In this document: piece by piece, positions 1 to 6,637 of the stretch
Numbering within the stretch: position 1 is the stretch's first letter
Layout of the letters: each line of letters opens with the position of its first letter
Origin: Algihabitans albus
GTDB lineage: Bacteria; Pseudomonadota; Alphaproteobacteria; Kiloniellales; DSM-21159
Reading direction: 5' to 3' (one strand)
NCBI RefSeq assembly: GCF_042140275.1
Contig: NZ_CP159482.1
Length of the DNA: 24,000 nucleotides
Notes under the pieces: generated by a model
The model's input: only the letters and a program-made list of their open reading frames with translations
Databases searched by the model: none
Told to the model about the DNA's origin: nothing
Translations under genes and position numbers: made by a program

Positions 1-264
1 GATAAGAACCACTGCCGGGAAAACCGCGCCATAGACGATATCGGCAAAGCCGTCCAAGCTCTTGCCCATTCTCGCGACGTCCGGCGGCCGGTTGCTGGTC
101 CTGGCCGCAACGATGCCGTCCAAGTCGTCCGCCAAGGCGGCCCACAGCACGGCCGCCACACCCAGTTCAACGCTCCCGGCGAGAACGAGATGGAAGCCCA
201 AGGCGGAGAAGAGCAGACCCGCTATGGTGATTGCATTAGCCGGGTCGATGAGAAAGCGTAGCAT
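1..264 (-). CDS. CDP-alcohol phosphatidyltransferase family protein, PssA-like (copy 1). Only the N-terminal 88 codons are in the window; the gene continues past the left edge.
   Basis: Absent from the ORF track because it runs off the window. Manual minus-strand translation from ATG 264..262 gives MLRFLIDPANAITIAGLLFSALGFHLVLAGSVELGVAAVLWAALADDLDGIVAARTSNRPPDVARMGKSLDGFADIVYGAVFPAVVLI. It has hydrophobic TM segments and the family motif DxxDG..AR..GxxxDxxxD (DDLDG, AAR, GKSLDGFAD). It starts 36 nt after the stop of the upstream nucleotidyltransferase. Confidence 0.75.
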   Translation of the reverse strand, partial: MLRFLIDPANAITIAGLLFSALGFHLVLAGSVELGVAAVLWAALADDLDGIVAARTSNRPPDVARMGKSLDGFADIVYGAVFPAVVLI

Positions 265-300
265 TGTGCTGCTCCGGAAGCGCTGCTGCTTGGTCGCCCC

Positions 301-1092
301 TTACTCGGCGGCTCGGATGTCGTCACCTTTGCGGCCGGGCCCAAAGATCGCTTCGGCGGTGCCGAGATCAGCCAGGCTGTCGATTTCGAACCACTTCAAG
401 TCTCCGCAGTGCACGGCATCGAGAGAGACGTTCCGCTGTTCCACGAGCTGCTTGAGCAACTGCTCGACATATGCGGTCACGGCGCCCGATTGGATCAGGC
501 GGTCAAGCGCCGGGCGTAGCTGACCTGCAAGCGTTTCGGCGCTGAACTTGAAGAGATTGAGCGTCTTGAACAGGTCCTGACCTGCGGTCGTGTCGCCTGT
601 CTGGTTCATATGGATGGATTGAACATGGTTCGACGCAGAGAGCGTGACTGCCGATCCACCCATCGTCGCGTCGAAGGGCGCTATGGCGGCGCTATCGCGG
701 GAGTCGCCTGTCAAAAGCCGTGACAGAACTTCGGGTTCGAAGAAGACATCTCCTTCGAGAAGAAGCGTATCCTCGCTCAGCGCGTCTCTTGCCAGCCACA
801 GAGAGTAGGCGCTGCCGGTACGGTCGAATAGCGGCGATTCGCAATAGGTGATCTCCACACCGGCGAAGTGGTGTCCGCAGGAGCGGATGATGGCTTCCTT
901 CCTGTAACCCACCACGATTGTCACTTCTTCGATGCCGGAGTGTGCCAGACAAAGAAGTGCATTGTGCAAGATGGGAACGCCGTGGACTTGGACCAGCGGC
1001 TTCGGGCGCCTCGCGGTTATCGGCTGGAGGCGGGATCCGAGGCCTGCCGCGAGGATGATGGCGCGCCGAACGACGTGCGTGGATTGAGTCAT
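301..1092 (-). CDS. LicC/PntC-like nucleotidyltransferase (copy 1); candidate phosphonate cytidylyltransferase
   Basis: 263-aa ORF with ATG at 1092 and a GGAGA SD 6 nt upstream. N-terminal NTP-transferase signature AIILAAGLGSRL..RPKPL. C-terminal WFEIDSLADL, typical of LicC-type cytidylyltransferases. Clear paralog of ORF 4286..5098. Confidence 0.85.
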   Translation of the reverse strand: MTQSTHVVRRAIILAAGLGSRLQPITARRPKPLVQVHGVPILHNALLCLAHSGIEEVTIVVGYRKEAIIRSCGHHFAGVEITYCESPLFDRTGSAYSLWLARDALSEDTLLLEGDVFFEPEVLSRLLTGDSRDSAAIAPFDATMGGSAVTLSASNHVQSIHMNQTGDTTAGQDLFKTLNLFKFSAETLAGQLRPALDRLIQSGAVTAYVEQLLKQLVEQRNVSLDAVHCGDLKWFEIDSLADLGTAEAIFGPGRKGDDIRAAE

Positions 1093-1147
1093 AGGTCGTC
1101 TCCACTGTGGTGACTTCTGGCGGTGTGCCGTCTGCCGGCGGACCTTC

Positions 1148-2338
1148 TCAGGCGAGTTCGCGCAAGGTTTCAGCTATTCGGGTTAGTCCCTGCTCGAGCT
1201 GCGCCAGCGGCAAGCCGTAGGAGAGGCGCAAGCCCCGGAGGTCTCCGAAGGCGTTGCCTGGCACCGTCGCGACACCGGCGTCGTCCAAGAGCAGTCGGGC
1301 GACATCGTCGGCCGACCCGAGCTCCCGTCCGCCGGCGCTGCGGCCGCAGAGATCGCCGACGTCGAGATAGAGGTAGAAGCCACCCTCGGCAGTGGGCAGA
1401 GGAACCCCGTCGAGCTGCGAGATCATCTGCAGGCTTCGCGCCCGCTTGAGGGCGAGCTCAGCCCGAGCCTCTCGAACGAAGCTGTCGTCGTTTTGCTCCA
1501 GGTAGGCCAGGATGGCGTATTGGGCGATGACGTTCGGGTTTGAGGTGGTGTGGCTTTGCAGGGCCTTGACCGCCGAGACGACCTCGCGCGGACCGGCCAA
1601 GTAGCCGATCCGCCAACCGGTCAGGGCCAGAGCCTTGGAGAAGGAATTCACCACCAGCGTCCGCGGGCGGGCGTCTGGCGCCACTGTCAGGATATTGGCG
1701 TGCGTCGCTGGTGCATAAACGAACTCGTGATAGCACTCGTCAAAGATGATCCAGATATCGCGCTCCAGAGCGAAGGCTGCGACCTGAGCCAAGAACGCCT
1801 CGTCGTACACGCGGCCTGTAGGATTGTTTGGTGAGTTGAGTATTATGGCCCGCGTCTTCCCACTTGTCGCGGCCGTGAGCTTCTCGAGGGAGGGGAGGTA
1901 GCCGTCGTCGGCGGTATCCAAATAGACCGGCGTTGCTCCGGCGATCGCCACCTGCGCCGGGAAGGTGCTCCAGTAGGGTCGAGGTACGATAACTTCGTCG
2001 CCTGGGTCCAGGATGGTCATGGTGGCGTTGAAGAGTGCCTGTTTCGCACCAGCGGTCACGGCGATCTCGCCGGCTTCCCAGAACAGTCCGGTCTGTCGGG
2101 CGACCCTCTTGGCGACCGCCTGGCGTAGCGTCTCCAAGCCAAGGGTGTCGGTGTAGCGGCTGACGCCTCCCTCGATCGCGGCGATCGCGGCCGAACGGAT
2201 GATCTGCGGCGGTTTCGACCAGAGTTCGCCAGCGGAGAAATCGATGATCTCGCGCCCTTCCGCCGCCGCCCTTTTGGCGGCAAGGCGGGCGTTGGACGTT
2301 CCGGAGCTGGCGAATAGCGTTGTTCGCTGCGCGAGCAT
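1148..2338 (-). CDS. Class I PLP-dependent aminotransferase (aspartate aminotransferase family); candidate phosphonopyruvate transaminase
   Basis: 396-aa ORF. Motifs NSPNNPTG and SFSKALALTGWRIGY (PLP lysine in SFSK). AGGAGA SD before ATG 2338. Starts 13 nt after the PEP mutase stop. Confidence 0.9.
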   Translation of the reverse strand: MLAQRTTLFASSGTSNARLAAKRAAAEGREIIDFSAGELWSKPPQIIRSAAIAAIEGGVSRYTDTLGLETLRQAVAKRVARQTGLFWEAGEIAVTAGAKQALFNATMTILDPGDEVIVPRPYWSTFPAQVAIAGATPVYLDTADDGYLPSLEKLTAATSGKTRAIILNSPNNPTGRVYDEAFLAQVAAFALERDIWIIFDECYHEFVYAPATHANILTVAPDARPRTLVVNSFSKALALTGWRIGYLAGPREVVSAVKALQSHTTSNPNVIAQYAILAYLEQNDDSFVREARAELALKRARSLQMISQLDGVPLPTAEGGFYLYLDVGDLCGRSAGGRELGSADDVARLLLDDAGVATVPGNAFGDLRGLRLSYGLPLAQLEQGLTRIAETLRELA

Positions 2339-2351
2339 GACGCTTCTCTCC

Positions 2352-3320
2352 TTAGTCGGCTGCTCCGGCGCGCAGAGGCAAGGCTTCGGTCACGTCCTGC
2401 TCAGGGTGAATTGGCAGGTAGGTCCGCTCGGCGCTGGAGAGCTCGGCGTAGTCGAGCAACTCGAAGATCTCCTTCAAGGTCGCGATCTCGCCTTCGACGT
2501 CTGCGACGCTCTCGTCGCGCCGAACCCGTTCGCAGAGCAGCTGCATGGCAGCTGCGGCGGCTCGCATGTTATGATTGCCCCAGATCACCGCCGAGACGCC
2601 GGCGCTGCGGAAGCGCTGCATCGGCGTTCGGTAGTAGGTCGTCGGGACGATGACGACCGGACGTTTATTGTCCCACGCCTCGACGAAGCCGAGTATCTCG
2701 CTTGCGTCGGAGAGGCGCGAGTGGATCAGGATTGCATCGGCGCCTGCATCTCCGTAGCGATGCGCGCGGTCGAGCGCCTCCTGCAATCCGTGCCCGGCAA
2801 TCAGGGCTTCGATACGGGCCACCACCACGAAATCGTCGTCTCCAGCCGAGTCGCGGGCGGCCCTCAGGCGGCCGCAGAACTCCTCCACGCCGGCGAGAGG
2901 ATGCCGGTCTCCAACGAAGGAGTTCATCTTCGGGAACTGCTTGTCCTCCAGGCAGATCCCGGCGGCGCCGCGATGACTCAGCTTGCGAACGAGGAGGCGA
3001 ACGTTATTGAAGTTTCCGAACCCGCTGTCGCCATCGACCAGGATGGGGATCGACGTAGAGTCCGCCATACGCTCGACCACGTCGACGACTTGGCTCCAAG
3101 ACGCTTCGTTGGCATCTCGCAATCCCAGCGCTGTCGAGATCGAGAGGCCCGATGCCCAAATCCCGGAGAATCCGTTGCGCTCTACGATAAGTGCCGAGAG
3201 GGCATCGTGCGCCTCCATGAGAAACGCTAGCTCTTCGGACTGGATTGCACTGCGTAGAGTCTGGGATTTCGTTCTGAGAGGCAGGGATGCCGTCGTAGGG
3301 CCATAGGGGTCAGTTTTCAT
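2352..3320 (-). CDS. ppm: Phosphoenolpyruvate phosphomutase (PEP mutase)
   Basis: Carries the Ppm-diagnostic motif EDKX5NS (EDKQFPKMNS). Also GIWASGLS, DGDSGFG, ARIEA and ILIHS, which match mutase active-site positions. The track start at 3350 is TTG. ATG at 3320 is preceded by GAGGTGG, so I use 3320. Confidence 0.9.
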   Translation of the reverse strand: MKTDPYGPTTASLPLRTKSQTLRSAIQSEELAFLMEAHDALSALIVERNGFSGIWASGLSISTALGLRDANEASWSQVVDVVERMADSTSIPILVDGDSGFGNFNNVRLLVRKLSHRGAAGICLEDKQFPKMNSFVGDRHPLAGVEEFCGRLRAARDSAGDDDFVVVARIEALIAGHGLQEALDRAHRYGDAGADAILIHSRLSDASEILGFVEAWDNKRPVVIVPTTYYRTPMQRFRSAGVSAVIWGNHNMRAAAAAMQLLCERVRRDESVADVEGEIATLKEIFELLDYAELSSAERTYLPIHPEQDVTEALPLRAGAAD

Positions 3321-3450
3321 TTTCCACCTCGGGTTTCTTGGAGAACTCAATAAATATGAGAATTTATATTGATATACTCAACATAATCATTTAAAATATA
3401 TTAGGTCATACGAGTTAATTCCGGCTTTTACTTTAACTCCAAGAGTTGTA
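3321..3450 (-). promoter_or_regulatory. AT-rich island A; candidate promoter/operator region for ppm-aminotransferase-NTase1-PT1
   Basis: 26% G+C by hand count over 3341..3440, in otherwise GC-rich DNA. It lies directly upstream of the ppm ATG. It shares collinear motifs with island B. Confidence 0.45.
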
Positions 3451-4166
3451 GGGCTTATAAGCAGATTCCCGACCCAGTTTGCGTCGTGAGCATGAGGTCG
3501 GTGTCTATACGCAGTTCCAGCGTCCGACAGGCACAGGGCCTGTGCGCTGCGAACGCCGGCGCGGGCTCTAGCCAGAGTCCGAAACGTCAGCGCGGCTGAC
3601 GCTGAGACACTGAAGAGCGTGATGATGGCCCTGCCGGCAGCGGGGATCCTGGTTGAGGCGACGTGGAGTGCGGCGAAGCCCAGGAAGAGGCAGCACAGCA
3701 GAGTCGGAAAGCTCTCGTCCGGGAGCCATGGGCGCGCCAGAAAGGCGATTGCCAGGAGCGGTACGTCGTAGGACAGAGGCCCTCCGAGAAAGTGCTCGTC
3801 GTCGAAGAGACCGAAGTTGCTGCAGTGGCTGAGGCGGACCGCGCCGCTCACCAGCAGCGCCAGAGCTGCAAAGAGCGAGAGCAGCGACCCTTCGCCGATC
3901 TGAAGCAGCACGGCTGCCGGAAAAGCGGCGCCGTAGATGAAGTTGGCAAAGCCGGTGAGGCTCTTGCCGATCATCGCTGCTTCCGACGAGCGGTTGCGCG
4001 AGCGGCAGGCAACAACGCCGTCGAGATGGTGTGCCAGCATGGCCCAGAGCGCAATGGCGACAGCCAGCTCCAGTTCGCCTGCAAGCGCGACGTACAGACC
4101 CAGCGTCGAGCACCCCAGACCGGCGATCGTGATCACATTAATGGAATCGGCAAGGTGGCGGGGCAT
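3387..4166 (-). CDS. CDP-alcohol phosphatidyltransferase-like membrane protein (copy 2) with a degenerate catalytic motif
   Basis: The track ORF 3387..4394 overlaps the upstream gene. Alignment to copy 1 (MPRHLADSINVITIAGL vs MLRFLIDPANAITIAGL) puts the start at ATG 4166. Multiple hydrophobic helices. The motif region reads AHHLDGVVACR...GKSLTGFANFIYG, so three of four conserved Asp are replaced. The last ~25 codons run into AT-rich DNA. Confidence 0.65.
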   Translation of the reverse strand: MPRHLADSINVITIAGLGCSTLGLYVALAGELELAVAIALWAMLAHHLDGVVACRSRNRSSEAAMIGKSLTGFANFIYGAAFPAAVLLQIGEGSLLSLFAALALLVSGAVRLSHCSNFGLFDDEHFLGGPLSYDVPLLAIAFLARPWLPDESFPTLLCCLFLGFAALHVASTRIPAAGRAIITLFSVSASAALTFRTLARARAGVRSAQALCLSDAGTAYRHRPHAHDANWVGNLLISPTTLGVKVKAGINSYDLIYFK

Positions 4167-4285
4167 TGTCTCACTTCCGTGCCAGCGATCGACAGCTGTG
4201 GGAGCAGCTGCAGCGGACGTCTCTCGTTTCCGATCGCCCGACGCGAGGGCGAAGCTGAAGCGGCTGCCCTGATTGCGATCGTTTG

Positions 4286-5098
4286 TCAGATTGCCAAGGC
4301 AGGGCGGAGAGAGAAGGCGGCGTCGCCAAGGTCGTTCGGTGTCAACTGCCTTTCCGCCATCTGGAGATCGCTTTCCTTGTCGATCTCGAACCACTTGAGG
4401 CGGTCGCAGCGGACGGCCGCAAGTTTCAAGCGCTCCTGCGCAGCCAGCATGCTTAGCAGTTGTTCCGTATAGGCCGTGACGGCGCCGGAGCGGATGAGGC
4501 CGTCCAGGGCCGGCAGCACCGCCTGTCGCAGGCTGTCGGCGGAGAAACGGAAGAGGTTGATGGTTTTATAGAGCGCTGTCGCACCGGTCTGTCGGTCGGC
4601 GGGCGTCTGCTTTAGCCGGACGTCCTGCACGTAGTTCTTCGCGCAGAGCGTCACTGCCGATCCTTCCATCGTCTCGTCAAAAGGCGCGACTGCGGCCACG
4701 TCCGACTCTCGGGACGAGAGGACGCGATCCAGCACGGCGCGCTCGAAGAAGACGTCGCCCTCCAGCAAAAGGCAATCGCCTGCCATCAGCGCATCGCGCG
4801 CCAGCCATAACGAATAGGCGCTTCCAGTCCGGTCGAAGACTCCGGATTCACAATAGGTGATCTCCAGATCACCGAAGTACTGGCCGAAGAACTTCTGAAT
4901 TCTCTCTTTCCGGTAGCCCACGACGATGGTGGCCCTTTTGACGCCGGCAGCTTCGAGCTGATGCAATGCATGGTGCAGCAGCGGAACGCCGAAAATCGGG
5001 ACCAGCGGCTTTGGGCGGTCGTCGGTCAGGGGGCGCAGGCGGGAGCCGAGACCGGCGGCAAGAATCACGGCACGCTCTGGTACGGCTCGATCCGTCAT
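4286..5098 (-). CDS. LicC/PntC-like nucleotidyltransferase (copy 2)
   Basis: 270-aa ORF with ATG 5098 and a GAAGGA upstream. Motifs AVILAAGLGSRL..RPKPL, ITYCES..FDRTGSAYSLWLARDAL..LLLEGDVFFE and WFEIDKESDL. Roughly 55-60% identical by eye to ORF 301..1092. Confidence 0.85.
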   Translation of the reverse strand: MTDRAVPERAVILAAGLGSRLRPLTDDRPKPLVPIFGVPLLHHALHQLEAAGVKRATIVVGYRKERIQKFFGQYFGDLEITYCESGVFDRTGSAYSLWLARDALMAGDCLLLEGDVFFERAVLDRVLSSRESDVAAVAPFDETMEGSAVTLCAKNYVQDVRLKQTPADRQTGATALYKTINLFRFSADSLRQAVLPALDGLIRSGAVTAYTEQLLSMLAAQERLKLAAVRCDRLKWFEIDKESDLQMAERQLTPNDLGDAAFSLRPALAI

Positions 5099-5269
5099 GA
5101 GCTGCTATTCCTTCTGTCCTGAAAGGTGCCGCGCGATGCTGCAGCAAGCAAAGCGCAGGCGTGCCCGAGTTCGTCGAGAGAGCATCGGGACGTCCGACTT
5201 TGCGGCGCCGCTGCGGGGAATGCCTGTTGAAGCTGGTGCATCTCCCCAGAAAGCGACGGGGCGCCAGTG

Positions 5270-5375
5270 TATTCAAATAAATAAGACTAAATATATTCAG
5301 AATTGTATTATGCAGTTATTTAAATATATGAAAAATTTTATTTTTGTTTGATTCTAAGCAGCACGTTTTTTTGCA
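5270..5375 (-). promoter_or_regulatory. AT-rich island B; candidate promoter/operator region for NTase2-PT2
   Basis: 19% G+C by hand count over 5271..5370. It lies inside a 450-nt non-coding gap between the gntR-like stop and the NTase2 start. Confidence 0.45.
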
Positions 5376-5547
5376 TTCAGGGTAAATCTGTCTGGCACGA
5401 TTACCCCGACGAAGCGCTGCCGACAGGCGTTCGAAAGCTCGGCTTTGACGCGATAAGGCGCTGTATCTGCCGGGGTCGCTCGGCTGTATCCCCGGATCGG
5501 CTCTATCTGCCGTACCGACCCGCAGGACGGAGCCGGAAAACACTGGG

Positions 5548-6273
5548 TTATAAGCGCGCCTCGCCGTTCGCAATCCCGTGGTACTCCGCGCCGTTCGAGA
5601 GAAAGGCCCGGGCAAGTCCCTCTCTGGCGAGCAGGGGCAGGTTTTCGTGCTTCCGCTGATGCAGGCGATCGAGCTGCTTGACGGCGTCCGCTGTCTTCCC
5701 GGCTCGGAGGTTCGACACAAGCCGTGTCAGTTCTGGGCGGATCTGACCGAGGTGTCCTTCGCTGGAGAGATCCATAACCCGCATGTAATGGCTCTTGTCG
5801 TTGAAGCCGCGAATGCAGGAGACCATCAGAGGGTTTCTCGACAGAGCCGCGATAGTGACATAGAGACGCTCGATGCGCCGAGCCAGGAGGTCGTGGCTGT
5901 CCTTTTGGTTGGGTGTGCCGGTCGTGATCTCGTCGTCGTCAAAGCGAAACTCTTCGAAGCGCCGCTCTTCTTTGGCTGCTTCCAACCCGAACCGCAGGCT
6001 GTGCTTCAGCACGACGAAGGCGAACTCGTAAAGCGCGCGCAGCTCCTCGACGTCCAACTGTTTGCAGAAGAAGCCGCGGTTGGGCACACCGACGATCAGG
6101 TCCTCGGCGAGCAGGCGGCTCAGGGCTTCGCGAACCGGCGTCGGACTGAGGTCGAGCTCTTCGGAGAGCTCGTTGATCTGCAACTGCTCGCCGGGTCTGA
6201 AACGTGCGTTAACCACCAGCTCTTTGATCCGCCCGTAGGCCAGTTCGACCTTCTTCGCCTCGATCCTAGCCAT
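5548..6273 (-). CDS. GntR-family transcriptional regulator, FadR-like (N-terminal wHTH plus helical FCD-type C-domain)
   Basis: 241-aa ORF. The N-terminus YGRIKELVVNARFRPGEQLQINELSEELDLSPTPVREALSRLLAEDLI is a typical GntR wHTH. ATG 6273 with a GGGAGG upstream. Confidence 0.85.
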   Translation of the reverse strand: MARIEAKKVELAYGRIKELVVNARFRPGEQLQINELSEELDLSPTPVREALSRLLAEDLIVGVPNRGFFCKQLDVEELRALYEFAFVVLKHSLRFGLEAAKEERRFEEFRFDDDEITTGTPNQKDSHDLLARRIERLYVTIAALSRNPLMVSCIRGFNDKSHYMRVMDLSSEGHLGQIRPELTRLVSNLRAGKTADAVKQLDRLHQRKHENLPLLAREGLARAFLSNGAEYHGIANGEARL

Positions 6274-6637
6274 AGGTCCCTGCCTCCCGCTTGCGGCCGG
6301 ATAAGCTTGAGAGGTCTGTGAGATAGGACAGCAAATCGTTTGGAGCGCGCGAACCCACTTCTCCTTGTTTCGCAGTTGTCCGCCCGGGACAAACCGATCG
6401 TACGCCAGATGATTCCTTGCGCCCTATCGCGCCACACACCGCCAACTCCGCGGCCTATTCCGGCAATCGAAACTTTTCCGATACAAAAGTGTCATCTTTT
6501 GCATTGGAATCCACCTACCAAGGTTGGTGACTCGACAATATAGGCGAGAATACGTCGTCGGCTAATATCGCCAACGGAGAGGTCTTTCAGTTTTTGCTAT
6601 GGTATTGTTCTTACTCGAAAGACAGCTGCGAAGTCTC

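Noticed and set aside
62-523. 153-aa plus-strand ORF at the left end. Also the plus-strand or shadow ORFs 2199..3230, 3663..4472 and 5578..6321, among others.
   Set aside because: They overlap the well-supported minus-strand phosphatidyltransferase, NTase, PEP mutase and GntR genes. They have no motifs and a basic, low-complexity composition.
2352-3320. Alternative reading of the mutase plus aminotransferase pair as a catabolic PalA/PalB-like phosphonoalanine degradation pair.
   Set aside because: The mutase homolog keeps the EDKX5NS motif used to recognise true PEP mutases. The pair is also embedded among nucleotidyltransferase and phosphatidyltransferase genes, which make sense for biosynthesis. 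This is not fully excluded without phylogeny or an assay, so it is listed as a refutation test instead.
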